Of a stretch of 64,000 bases of DNA, positions 33,980 through 43,935 are shown in pieces; position 1 is the stretch's first letter; every line of letters starts with the position of its first letter. The stretch is from positions 248,001 through 312,000 of IMG/VR virus record IMGVR_UViG_3300032288_004964; one strand, given 5' to 3'. Below the pieces are notes generated by a model. That model did not search any database. It saw only the letters and a program-made list of their open reading frames with translations, and was not told the DNA's origin. The translations under genes were made by a program, and so were the position numbers.

Positions 33980-34840
33980 TTACAGAAATAATGACTTCGG
34001 TCATTAAAGTAAGTAGGGCGGCTTATAGTCCATAAATAATCTCTGAAAGGAGGATAAAGTGATCACAAATGCTAAATGTGATTGCGGCTTGACCGAAAGG
34101 TTGAGCTCGGGTAAGCGAGTGGAATACCATTATTCCTGAGTAGCCGAGGGTAACACTGTAGGCGAAATGGTTTAGTGATTAGGCGATGTAGATCGTCTGA
34201 TTGACTTCGGAAGAAGAATAGGAATAATCCATAGGAATCTTTGCAAGAAGTGGTGACCCACCAGTTATCATCATTGCGAATTCCAACTTGAGAGGTATCT
34301 CAAAGTCGAAAGACAATTTAGTGTACAGGTGGTGCTGTTACTAAACACTAAACTGACTACCAAGTCGGTGACCTTGCTAAGGTGAGGTCTGGTGAAGATA
34401 TCTTAAAGAGTTGTGATGGAGGCATCACACGGAGTAGTCTAGTATTCTTGAGGCCAAAAGCTTTGGGAACTAAGAGATAACCACTACTTCGACAAAATCT
34501 ACAGCACTAAAATTTACTTTTTGACGTAAAAATTAAAACTTAAATCGAAAGTGTTATCTAGTTACTGATAGAAAGGTACCTACTTAGTTATGGGTTGTCC
34601 ATAGCCACATAAGTCCGAAAGACTGGTGTGATTTTACCGAAAAGCTTATAGGGGGTCGAATCCCGAACTAGCCTGCGAGGGTTGGATAAGTAGAGTAAGT
34701 AGAGAGTATTCAGTGACTCAAGGGGTGGTTAGTCTAACTAACCGGTACTGACAAGATACCATTCAAAAGATGGTGGATAGATTTGGGAATACATAATCCA
34801 AACAAAGACTTGTCATATTAAGATGTAATCTCAGTCTTTT
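33980..34840 (+). ncRNA. Large structured ncRNA, GOLLD-like
   Basis: ~850 nt with no ORF in the track, higher GC than flanks, many GNRA/UUCG-capped hairpins, flanked by tRNAs; family name is from size and context only. Confidence 0.6.
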
Positions 34841-34844
34841 ATTT

Positions 34845-34920
34845 GGTCAGTTCGTCTAGCGGCATTCAGGACGGATATCTATTCAGATATCAAACATTGG
34901 TTCGAATCCAATACTGACTA
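34845..34920 (+). tRNA. tRNA-Glu-like with 8-nt anticodon loop
   Basis: gatat-CTATTCAG-atatc; normal D and T arms. Confidence 0.6.
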
Positions 34921-34999
34921 CTAAGTTTTCGTAGTGGTTAACTTACTCCGAAAGGGGGGTCTGTCAATGACAGTGTGACTACCTCAAAGTCACACATAT

Positions 35000-35099
35000 G
35001 GCCCGTTAGTCTACAGGACTCGCAAGAGAATCAGATTTATCTGATTAGGACGGTCAACTTTTCGGTTGATAGATATTGGTTCGAATCCAATACGGGCTA
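35000..35099 (+). tRNA. tRNA-Glu-like with 8-nt anticodon loop and two hairpins in the D-loop
   Basis: gtcaa-CTTTTCGG-ttgat; nested in a 10-bp stem 34925/35124. Confidence 0.55.
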
Positions 35100-35133
35100 C
35101 AGAAATCACGGTCTTTTGACCGTCTACGAAAAC

Positions 35134-35162
35134 ACCCACTAATTATTTTAGTGGGTTTTTTG
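35134..35162 (+). terminator. Intrinsic terminator ending the ncRNA operon
   Basis: acccactaa...ttagtgggt plus U tract. Confidence 0.75.
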
Positions 35163-35211
35163 TTTTAAATAAACTTTTTGCTTATATTTGTATATTAAAA
35201 ATAATTAAAAT

Positions 35212-35676
35212 ATGAAAGAGTTATTTGAACTAACACAGGAACTAGAAGTTCTAAAATACATTTTTCCAAAAATTATTGTCGCAACAATCTGTGGTTCTAT
35301 CATCGGATGGGAAAGAGAGCGTAAAAATAAAGTCGCTGGTTTAAGAACCAATGTCTTAATCTGTGTAGGATCTGCGATATTTACCATTGTTTCCTTCTTA
35401 TGTTCTAAATACTACAACATATCTGACCCAACAAGAATTCTATCAACTATAGTTACCGGTATTGGTTTCTTAGGTGGTGGGGTTATTATGAAACATGATG
35501 ATAGAATTGTTGGTATGACATCAGCAGCATTTATTTGGACCATTTCAGCAATTGGTATACTTTGTGGTATGGGTTTTATCATATCACCTATTCTCCTAAC
35601 TATTGGTTTACTAACCGTATCACTTTATTTTGAAAAAGTAGAAAAATATATTAAAAAAGATATAAACAAGAAATGA
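35212..35676 (+). CDS. MgtC/SapB family membrane protein
   Basis: IGWERE...AGLRTN, DPTRI, GIGFLGGG motifs. Confidence 0.85.
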   Translation: MKELFELTQELEVLKYIFPKIIVATICGSIIGWERERKNKVAGLRTNVLICVGSAIFTIVSFLCSKYYNISDPTRILSTIVTGIGFLGGGVIMKHDDRIVGMTSAAFIWTISAIGILCGMGFIISPILLTIGLLTVSLYFEKVEKYIKKDINKK

Positions 35677-36161
35677 AATTAGAAATCGAACGCAAATTCT
35701 TACTAAAGGCTATGCCTGATAAGACACCATCTGAAATTGTTAAAATTGACCAATGGTATTGGAAAAACTCAAAGGGTGTCTGGGAAAGAGCCAGGTCTTG
35801 GGATTCCAATATTAATGGTGTGTCTTGGATACATACTATTAAGAAGTCTGTATCAAAAGGTATTAATATAGAAGATGAGCACAATATTGATAAGGAAGAG
35901 TATGACTTCTTTATTAAAAGATGTAAGACTCCTGGTGAAGATGCTAAATTCATTTCTAAAGAAAGATGGATTTATCCTGATGGTGATCTTAAATGGGAAG
36001 TTGATATATTTAATAGTGGGCATCATTTGATAGTCGCTGAAATTGAAATTCCTAAAAAATCATTTAAGGTTAATATACCTGATTTTATTAAGGATAAACT
36101 TCTTATGGAAGTTACTGAAATTAAACAATTCAGTAATAGAAACTTATCCAACAAAATTTAA
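35673..36161 (+). CDS. CYTH-domain protein
   Basis: EIERKFL...WEVDIF...AEIE. Confidence 0.8.
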   Translation: MKLEIERKFLLKAMPDKTPSEIVKIDQWYWKNSKGVWERARSWDSNINGVSWIHTIKKSVSKGINIEDEHNIDKEEYDFFIKRCKTPGEDAKFISKERWIYPDGDLKWEVDIFNSGHHLIVAEIEIPKKSFKVNIPDFIKDKLLMEVTEIKQFSNRNLSNKI

Positions 36162-36168
36162 ATAAAAA

Positions 36169-36756
36169 ATGAAAAATAAATTAGAGCTTAGGATGATGGG
36201 TTTAGTCCCATATAATATCTCACCAATTCAACAAGCAATCCAATTTGGACATGCTGTTGTTGAATATGGTCAGAATGTAAAATCATATGATGTAATAAAT
36301 AATATTGAATTAAAAAAGTATAATGATTGGGCTGATAGTTGGAAAACATTTATTATACTAAATGGTGGTACATCTAACCACTCTATAAACAGATATCATC
36401 AATCAGATGAACCATTTGTTGGAACAATGGAATCAAATTTAGTTTTATTAGAACAAAATGATATTGAGTTGGCTACTTTTTATGAGCCAGATTTAAATGA
36501 TATGTTATCGGCTATTGTTTTTATTGTGGATGAAAGAGTATTTAATAGAAAAAAATATCCTGACTTTGAAGACTGGGTTATTGATAACTATGGTGATTTA
36601 ATTAGTAGTAGTGGTGATGTTTATCAAATTGCTAAAAGAATAAAAGAATCAACTTCAAAAGAGGATCAAAAAGTTTATCAATCTTGGACTAAATTAGTTG
36701 GTGGTGAAAAGAATATTTTCTTGAGAGATTTCTTAAAAAACTTTAGATTGGCATAA
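36169..36756 (+). CDS. Peptidyl-tRNA hydrolase 2-like phage protein
   Basis: IQFGHA...KTFIIL...FYEPDL pattern. Confidence 0.5.
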   Translation: MKNKLELRMMGLVPYNISPIQQAIQFGHAVVEYGQNVKSYDVINNIELKKYNDWADSWKTFIILNGGTSNHSINRYHQSDEPFVGTMESNLVLLEQNDIELATFYEPDLNDMLSAIVFIVDERVFNRKKYPDFEDWVIDNYGDLISSSGDVYQIAKRIKESTSKEDQKVYQSWTKLVGGEKNIFLRDFLKNFRLA

Positions 36757-37133
36757 TGGGATATATAGCACCACATAAAGAAAATGTTAATTGGATTAAA
36801 ATAGATAATGACCCATTTGATGTTATTGATGTAACGGTTCAATTTTCTATTGGGTCACACACAACAACTTATATAAGTTTTGATTTAAATAAATATCCTA
36901 AATATTTAAATTATATTACTTCATTGTATGAGAATCATCAAAGATTTGAATTAAGTAGTAATAGATTTATAGCTCCTGGATCATATATTAAATCTATTGA
37001 TGTTGACTTTGATACAAAAATGAATGTAACTGTTAAATCAGATATTTTTAATGCTGTTGATACTCAACAAAGGCGGGATGAAATTATAGATGAGTTGTTA
37101 AATAATAAAACTTCTGAAAATAAAACAATATAA
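36756..37133 (+). CDS. Hypothetical protein
   Basis: ORF track. Confidence 0.6.
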   Translation: MGYIAPHKENVNWIKIDNDPFDVIDVTVQFSIGSHTTTYISFDLNKYPKYLNYITSLYENHQRFELSSNRFIAPGSYIKSIDVDFDTKMNVTVKSDIFNAVDTQQRRDEIIDELLNNKTSENKTI

Positions 37134-37156
37134 AATAAATAAACCTAATTGTAACT

Positions 37157-39292
37157 ATGATAAATGAAAAATTAGATGGTAGTGAATACCTAAAAAATCT
37201 TCCTGATGTTAAAGCATCATTAGAAGATGATGAGGACGAAGATAAGTCTTTTAGTTCTAAAAAACCAGACAGTAAGTCTAAGACTCCCGTTTTAGATACT
37301 TATAGCCGTGATTTAACCAAAATGGCTGAAGAAGGAAAACTAGACCCTATTGTTGGTAGAGAAAAAGAAATTGAAAGAGTTTCTCAAATTCTTTCACGTA
37401 GAAAGAAAAACAACCCAATTTTAATTGGTGAACCAGGTGTTGGTAAATCTTCAATTGCTGAAGGATTAGCACTTCGTATTATCCAAAGAAAAGTAAGTAG
37501 AATTCTTTTTAACAAAAGAGTTGTAATGTTAGACTTGGCTTCAATGGTTGCTGGTACTAAATACCGTGGTCAATTTGAAGAAAGAGTTAAGGCTTTAATG
37601 GGAGAACTTGAAAAAGAACCAAATGTAATTCTTTTCATTGATGAGATTCATACTATGATTGGTGCTGGTGGAGCATCAGGATCATTAGATGCCTCTAATA
37701 TGTTCAAACCCGCTTTAGCAAGAGGTGAAATCCAAATCATTGGTGCTACTACTTTGGATGAATACCGTAAACACATTGAGAAAGATGGAGCTTTAGAAAG
37801 AAGATTTCAGAAAGTTATGGTTGAGCCAGCTTCTCCGGAAGAAACTTTACAAATCATTTCTAACATCAAAGACAAGTATGAGTCGCATCACAATGTTACT
37901 TATACTGAAGAAGCTATCAAAGCTTGTGTTGATTTAACTTCTCGTTATATGAATGATAGATTCCTTCCAGATAAAGCTATTGATGCTTTAGATGAGGCTG
38001 GGTCTCGTGTTCATATCTCAAACATTGTAGTTCCTAAAGAAATCACTGATATTGAAAAGAAAATTGTAGATATCAAGGATAAAAAGAATGAAGTAATTCG
38101 TTCTCAAAAGTATGAAGAAGCTGCTAAGTTAAGAGATGTTGAAAGACAATTAAATGAATCTTTAGAATCAGCTAGAAAAGCTTGGGAAGAAGACTCTTCT
38201 AAAAACAGACAAACTGTTACAGAAGATAATGTTGCTGAAGTTGTTTCAATGATGACTGGAATTCCTTTACAAAAAGTAACTCTTAATGAAACTAACAAGT
38301 TAGGTAAAATGCAAGAGTCTATTATTGGTAAGGTAATTGGTCAAGATGATGCTGTTAAAAAGATTGTTAAAGCAATTCAAAGAGGTCGTGTTGGTCTTAA
38401 AGATCCAAACAAACCAATTGGTTCATTTATGTTCTTAGGACCAACTGGTGTAGGTAAAACACAATTAGCTAAGGTATTGGCTAAGTATCTATTTGATTCA
38501 GAAGATTCTTTAATTAGAATTGATATGTCTGAATATATGGAGAAATTCGCAGTATCTCGTTTGATTGGAGCTCCTCCAGGATATGTTGGACATGATGAAG
38601 GTGGTCAATTAACTGAAAAAGTTAGACGCAAACCTTATTCAGTTGTTCTTCTTGATGAGATTGAGAAGGCTCATCCTGAAGTGTTCAACTTATTACTTCA
38701 AGTTTTAGATGATGGTCAATTAACTGATTCATTGGGTAGAAAAGTTAATTTCAAAAACACTATCATTATTATGACTTCTAATACAGGTTCACGTCAATTA
38801 AAAGACTTTGGAACTGGAGTTGGTTTCTCCACTAAGAACAGAGAAAGTAAAGGACAAGAAGAATCAAATGCTGTTATTGATAAGGAATTAAAAAAGAAAT
38901 TCGCACCAGAATTCTTAAACCGTATTGATGATGTGGTTATGTTTAACTCTCTTGTAAAAGAAGATATTAACAAGATTATCTCTATTGAGTTAGAAAAGTT
39001 AGTAGGCCGTGTCCAAGAAATGGAATACAACTTAGATATCACATCAGAAGCTGTTGATTATATTGCATCTGAAGGATTTGACCCAGAGTATGGAGCAAGA
39101 CCTTTGAAGAGAGCAATTCAAAGATTAGTTGAAGATGTTCTAACCGAAGAGATTATTCAAAGTAATCCGGATAAAGGATCTAAACTTTCTTTAAGTTATA
39201 ACAAAGAAGAAGAAAAGATGGTTGTTCAAATTACCCCACCTGAATCTAAAGTTGCTAAGAAAAGAGCACCTAAGAAAAAAGATGATAAGTAA
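37157..39292 (+). CDS. clpC: ClpC-type AAA+ chaperone lacking the N-terminal Clp-repeat domain
   Basis: Two Walker A motifs ([16 protein letters not shown]); UVR middle domain YEEAAKLRD; GVGF ClpP-docking loop. Confidence 0.85.
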   Translation: MINEKLDGSEYLKNLPDVKASLEDDEDEDKSFSSKKPDSKSKTPVLDTYSRDLTKMAEEGKLDPIVGREKEIERVSQILSRRKKNNPILIGEPGVGKSSIAEGLALRIIQRKVSRILFNKRVVMLDLASMVAGTKYRGQFEERVKALMGELEKEPNVILFIDEIHTMIGAGGASGSLDASNMFKPALARGEIQIIGATTLDEYRKHIEKDGALERRFQKVMVEPASPEETLQIISNIKDKYESHHNVTYTEEAIKACVDLTSRYMNDRFLPDKAIDALDEAGSRVHISNIVVPKEITDIEKKIVDIKDKKNEVIRSQKYEEAAKLRDVERQLNESLESARKAWEEDSSKNRQTVTEDNVAEVVSMMTGIPLQKVTLNETNKLGKMQESIIGKVIGQDDAVKKIVKAIQRGRVGLKDPNKPIGSFMFLGPTGVGKTQLAKVLAKYLFDSEDSLIRIDMSEYMEKFAVSRLIGAPPGYVGHDEGGQLTEKVRRKPYSVVLLDEIEKAHPEVFNLLLQVLDDGQLTDSLGRKVNFKNTIIIMTSNTGSRQLKDFGTGVGFSTKNRESKGQEESNAVIDKELKKKFAPEFLNRIDDVVMFNSLVKEDINKIISIELEKLVGRVQEMEYNLDITSEAVDYIASEGFDPEYGARPLKRAIQRLVEDVLTEEIIQSNPDKGSKLSLSYNKEEEKMVVQITPPESKVAKKRAPKKKDDK

Positions 39293-39388
39293 TCAAATCA
39301 ATGTGAAAAGAGAAAGTTTATACTTTCTCTTTTTTATTTTTAAACTATTAGTATTGTATAAACTATAAGATAAAAAGTATTTTATTAA

Positions 39389-40090
39389 ATGATACATATA
39401 CTATGGTGCACTCTAAGACCAGCACAATTCAAATTCGCTCATTCTGAGTGGATTAAAAGAGCTGACAATCCTCAAAATATTCAAACTTATGTAGCTGTTA
39501 ATTGGCAACAACAAGCAGATGAATTAAGAGAATATTTAAAATCAAATTTCTTAATAACACTTAATACAAATAAGATTGGAGTTTGTTATCCATCTTACCA
39601 ACTAAGTTCTAATTTAGGTATTAAAATGGGTCAATGTAAAGATGATGATATTGTTGTTTTTGCTTCTGATGATTTTATGACTCCTCAAGGTTGGGACACT
39701 TATCTAATTAATAAGATAAATGGTAAAGGAGATGTTGGTTTAATGGTTAGAGATGGTTATCAACTTCCAGATTCTTCTAATATGTTATATCCTGCTATTA
39801 CAATTCCTATTATGACTTATGGTTGTTTGAAGAAATTGAATATGACTATTTATCATCCTGCTTATAATCATATGTTTTCAGATTGTGAGTTATATAATAA
39901 TTTAAAAGACTTAGGATTATTATATGATGATAGAAAAAATGATACTACAGTTTTTGAGCACTTACATCATGCTGCTGGTAAAAGAAATGCTGATGGTGCG
40001 GATCAAGCTTATAATGCTAAATGGAAAGATGATGAAATAACTTGGAATAAAAGAAAGTTATTACCATTAGAAGAAAGAATTAAAGTATGA
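39389..40090 (+). CDS. GT2-like glycosyltransferase
   Basis: ASDD motif; HMFSDCEL; EHLH. Confidence 0.6.
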   Translation: MIHILWCTLRPAQFKFAHSEWIKRADNPQNIQTYVAVNWQQQADELREYLKSNFLITLNTNKIGVCYPSYQLSSNLGIKMGQCKDDDIVVFASDDFMTPQGWDTYLINKINGKGDVGLMVRDGYQLPDSSNMLYPAITIPIMTYGCLKKLNMTIYHPAYNHMFSDCELYNNLKDLGLLYDDRKNDTTVFEHLHHAAGKRNADGADQAYNAKWKDDEITWNKRKLLPLEERIKV

Positions 40091-40914
40091 GAAAAAAGAT
40101 AAAAATTAACTTTACTGATTTTTGGGGAGGTTTTGATAAAACAAATAACTATTTCTATAACTTATTGAAAGATGAGTTTGATATTGAGATATCAAATAAT
40201 CCAGAATATTTATTCTTTTCTTTGTTTGGAAATCAACATCAACAATTTAAATGTAAAAAGATATTTTACACAGGTGAAAATGTTGCTCCACCATTACAAT
40301 ATTGTGATTGGTCATTTTCATTTGACTATTTAGATGATGAAAGGAATTACAGATTACCACATTATTTATTATATGATGGTTACTATGAATTACAAAGAGA
40401 AAAGATAATAGATGAATCTTTTGCTAAAAGAAAGTTCTGCAATTTTGTAGCATCTAATGGTAATTGTAATGATAGAAATCGGTTTTTTACAGAGCTATCA
40501 AAATATAAAAAAGTAGATTCTGGTGGTAGATTTATGAATAACATAGGTCAACCTGTTTCTGATAAAAGAAAATTTCAGTCTGAGTATAAATTTTCAATTG
40601 CTTTTGAAAATAATGCTTATAGACCTCAACAACCTGGTTATACAACTGAAAAGATTATGGAACCAATGACTGTGAATTCTATTCCTTTGTATTGGGGTAA
40701 TCCTTTAATCAATAAAGAATTTAATACTAAATCATTTGTTAACTTTTATGACTTTAATTCTGAAAAAGATATGATTGATTACATAGTAGAGTTAGACAAA
40801 GATGATACTAAATACTTAGAAGTATTAAAACAACCCTGGTTTGAGGAGTATAATATACCAGATAATAATAAGATTGAGAATATAAAATCATTCTTATATA
40901 AAATATTTAATTAA
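40087..40914 (+). CDS. GT10 alpha-1,3-fucosyltransferase-like
   Basis: KFCNFVASN, YKFSIAFEN, YTTEKI, IPLYWG. Confidence 0.85.
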   Translation: MRKKIKINFTDFWGGFDKTNNYFYNLLKDEFDIEISNNPEYLFFSLFGNQHQQFKCKKIFYTGENVAPPLQYCDWSFSFDYLDDERNYRLPHYLLYDGYYELQREKIIDESFAKRKFCNFVASNGNCNDRNRFFTELSKYKKVDSGGRFMNNIGQPVSDKRKFQSEYKFSIAFENNAYRPQQPGYTTEKIMEPMTVNSIPLYWGNPLINKEFNTKSFVNFYDFNSEKDMIDYIVELDKDDTKYLEVLKQPWFEEYNIPDNNKIENIKSFLYKIFN

Positions 40915-40915
40915 T

Positions 40916-41707
40916 ATGGGTAAAAAATGTGCTTTAGTTTTAATAACTGGTGATAGAGTTGATTACATAGACAGTTCTATTAAATCTTGTCTTAATCTTA
41001 TCAATAAGTATAATAGTGAGATTGAAACTGATATATACTTGGTGTCATTTAATGATGTTAAATTAGTATCAAATAATAACATTAAAACTTTATCTTTTAA
41101 TAGACCATCTATAGATTCTGATATTGTTTTAAATTTCCCAAGAAGTGTTCAACAAGTAAATAACTATTCAAATGATATTGAGTTGACTAAAAGAATATCA
41201 TTAGGTCATTTAATTCTATTTGGTCTTGTTCCTGATACAATTTTTAAAAATAAAGACATATTTAGTCAATATGATTATATTTTAAAGTCTAGAGCTGATT
41301 TAGTTTTTGATTTTAATGAAAATGATATATCTAAATTTAATTCAATCAATCAACTATTAACATTTGAATGTTTTTGGGGAGGTTGTAGATATAATCCAAA
41401 CTTTACTAATGACCATTTTGTTTTTGGTGAAAGTTCTGATGTATTAAAATTAATATCATTTCCTATTAGTGAGTGTATTATTAATAAATTCTGGAATCCT
41501 GAGCAATATATGACATATCTTTTCACAAAATCTAATAAAAGTAAAGTTCAAATGAGCACCGATAAATATTATCTTTTATCTAAAGATAGAGATAGTAGAA
41601 AGTGGATTGGATTTCCTTTAGAAAAAATAAATAAAAATGATATTATATTTTTAGAAAATATGAATATAGATATCACAAAAATTAAATTTACAAATGAATA
41701 TGAATGA
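40916..41707 (+). CDS. Putative glycan-modification protein
   Basis: YDYILKSRADL motif; context. Confidence 0.5.
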   Translation: MGKKCALVLITGDRVDYIDSSIKSCLNLINKYNSEIETDIYLVSFNDVKLVSNNNIKTLSFNRPSIDSDIVLNFPRSVQQVNNYSNDIELTKRISLGHLILFGLVPDTIFKNKDIFSQYDYILKSRADLVFDFNENDISKFNSINQLLTFECFWGGCRYNPNFTNDHFVFGESSDVLKLISFPISECIINKFWNPEQYMTYLFTKSNKSKVQMSTDKYYLLSKDRDSRKWIGFPLEKINKNDIIFLENMNIDITKIKFTNEYE

Positions 41708-42335
41708 AAAATTAGAAAGAGTTGAAAAAAAATATAATCAGTTATGTTTAACAAGATCAGATATCAATGAACATTTACCTACATTATTTAAATATGCTAA
41801 GGAATGCGAAAGTATTTTAGAAACCGGTGTTAGGGGAGTTGTATCTTCTTGGGCACTATCATATGGTTTACTTTGTAATAATTCTGAAAATAAAAGAATA
41901 TTATTTAATGATATATCTGAATGTAATATTGGTGAAATCTTAGATTGTTTAAAAGACTTAAATGTTAATACATCTTTTGAGTGGATTAACAATCTAAACC
42001 TTAATCTAAATGAAAGATTTGATATGGTATTTATAGATACATGGCATATCTATGGTCAGTTAAAAAGAGAGTTAAATAAATTTGCTCCTATTACAAATAA
42101 ATATATCATAATGCATGATACTACGGTTGATGAGATTTATGGCGAAACTATAAGATGGATGGGTGGTGAAGGAGTAGCAACTCAACAGTCGCTATCAACT
42201 GGAATTCCTGTTGATGAAATATTAAAAGGATTAGGACCAGCTATCCATGAATTTTTAAATACTAATACTGATTGGGTATTAAAAGAGAAATTCACTAATA
42301 ATAATGGATTAACAATTTTAGAAAAAATATCTTAA
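41694..42335 (+). CDS. Class I SAM-dependent methyltransferase-like
   Basis: LETGVRG, FIDTWH, MHDT. Confidence 0.7.
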   Translation: MNMNEKLERVEKKYNQLCLTRSDINEHLPTLFKYAKECESILETGVRGVVSSWALSYGLLCNNSENKRILFNDISECNIGEILDCLKDLNVNTSFEWINNLNLNLNERFDMVFIDTWHIYGQLKRELNKFAPITNKYIIMHDTTVDEIYGETIRWMGGEGVATQQSLSTGIPVDEILKGLGPAIHEFLNTNTDWVLKEKFTNNNGLTILEKIS

Positions 42336-42338
42336 CTA

Positions 42339-43064
42339 GTGAAGAATATAATAGCATATAGTTTGTGGGGAGATAAACCTATTTACTGGATAGGAGCAAT
42401 TGCTAATATAAATTTAGCAAAGCAATATTTTCCAAATTTTATCTGTAGATTTTATATAGATGAAAATTGCGATTCAAAATTAATTGAAACTATAAAAGGA
42501 GATAATGTTGAAGTTGTTCTTGTTGGTAAAGAAAAAGAATACCAAGGAATGTATTGGAGGTTTGAGGCATCTCAAGATAATGATGTTAATGTGTTTTTAT
42601 CTAGAGACTGTGATTCTAGACTCTCTGAGAGAGAAAGTAAAGCAGTTAGTGAGTGGATTTTATCAAATAAAGATTTTCATATAATGAGGGATCATCCATA
42701 TCATACAGTTCCAATTTTAGGAGGAATGTGGGGATCTAAAAATGGATTAATGCGAAAAATTAACTTATTACAACTAATAGAAGATTGGAGAATAAAAAGA
42801 AATCAAGATATTGTAAGGATATCGGGTCATAGACAACATTCTATTAATGCTTATGGTGATGACCAAGACTTTTTAAGACAAGTTGTTTATCCATTAGTAA
42901 AAGATAATACCATAGAACATTCTGAATTTAATTTAAGATTTGGTGGTGAAATAAAAAATTTTCCATCTATTAGACAAAATTATGAGTTTGTTGGTGATGT
43001 TTTTGATGAAAATGATGTAAGACATCCAGAATATTGGAAAATAATAAAAAATGTAATAGGATAA
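42339..43064 (+). CDS. Putative glycosyltransferase-like protein
   Basis: SRDCDSR, MRDHPYH, LGGMWG, DQDFL. Confidence 0.55.
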   Translation: MKNIIAYSLWGDKPIYWIGAIANINLAKQYFPNFICRFYIDENCDSKLIETIKGDNVEVVLVGKEKEYQGMYWRFEASQDNDVNVFLSRDCDSRLSERESKAVSEWILSNKDFHIMRDHPYHTVPILGGMWGSKNGLMRKINLLQLIEDWRIKRNQDIVRISGHRQHSINAYGDDQDFLRQVVYPLVKDNTIEHSEFNLRFGGEIKNFPSIRQNYEFVGDVFDENDVRHPEYWKIIKNVIG

Positions 43065-43065
43065 A

Positions 43066-43935
43066 ATGAAAATAGTTATTATACAGGAAGCTGGTAGACA
43101 TGAAAAAAATAAAAACTTTAGAGAATCTCTAAATCTACACAGAGCTTTATCCAAAATTGAAGGAGTTGAATCTAAAGTTTGGGGTCTAAATTATCCAGAT
43201 TATTTAATTCCATTTTCTGAAATAGAAAGTTGGGCTGATGTTATATTTATAATTGAGAATTATACATCTGGTTGGTTACCTATTAATGAAATTTCAAATA
43301 GTAAAAAATTAAAAATATTTTGGAGTATAGATAGTCATTGTGTATTAGAACAACACAAAACTCTTTGTAAAATTTTAAATATTGATATATTGTTAAACTC
43401 AACAGAATCATATATACCAAACTTTAATGGTTTGGTTAAAAAATCATATTGGTTTCCTAATTCCTATCCTGATGAGTTAATGTTTCCAAAACAAATAGAA
43501 AAAAATATAGATATTGGATTTTGTGGCAATGTTTTAAATAGAGGTCAGGTAATTAACTCACTTGATAAATATGGTATAAAAAAGGACATTTTTGTTATTG
43601 GTGATGATATGGTAAATGCAATAAACACATATAAAATACACCTAAATTGTAACATATCAAATGATATTAATTATAGAACATTTGAAACAACAGGATGTGG
43701 AACTTTCTTACTTACCAATTATACTCCCGGTCTTGAAAAACTATTTGATATTGGAAAAGAAATTGTTGTTTACAATGATTTAAATGATTTAGATAATAAA
43801 GTAAAATATTATTTAGAGAATGAAGAAGAAAGAGAAGGAATAGCAAAAGCTGGATATGAAAGATCAAAAAAAGATCATACTTACTACGAACGTGCTAAAA
43901 CATTATTAGATATTATAAATAATAATAAAATATGA
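43066..43935 (+). CDS. CgeB/YkvP-like glycosyltransferase
   Basis: NYRTFETTGCG...LFDIGKEIVVY...HTY. Confidence 0.75.
   Translation: MKIVIIQEAGRHEKNKNFRESLNLHRALSKIEGVESKVWGLNYPDYLIPFSEIESWADVIFIIENYTSGWLPINEISNSKKLKIFWSIDSHCVLEQHKTLCKILNIDILLNSTESYIPNFNGLVKKSYWFPNSYPDELMFPKQIEKNIDIGFCGNVLNRGQVINSLDKYGIKKDIFVIGDDMVNAINTYKIHLNCNISNDINYRTFETTGCGTFLLTNYTPGLEKLFDIGKEIVVYNDLNDLDNKVKYYLENEEEREGIAKAGYERSKKDHTYYERAKTLLDIINNNKI

Noticed and set aside
33980-34840. rRNA fragment, tmRNA, RNase P RNA or group I intron
   Set aside because: I could not recognise rRNA signature sequences, a tmRNA tRNA-like end with tag ORF, the RNase P core motif or an interrupted host gene.
34845-34920. Opal (TCA) suppressor tRNA
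   Set aside because: TCA is off-centre in an 8-nt loop, and the body and register match the other Glu-like expanded-loop tRNA.
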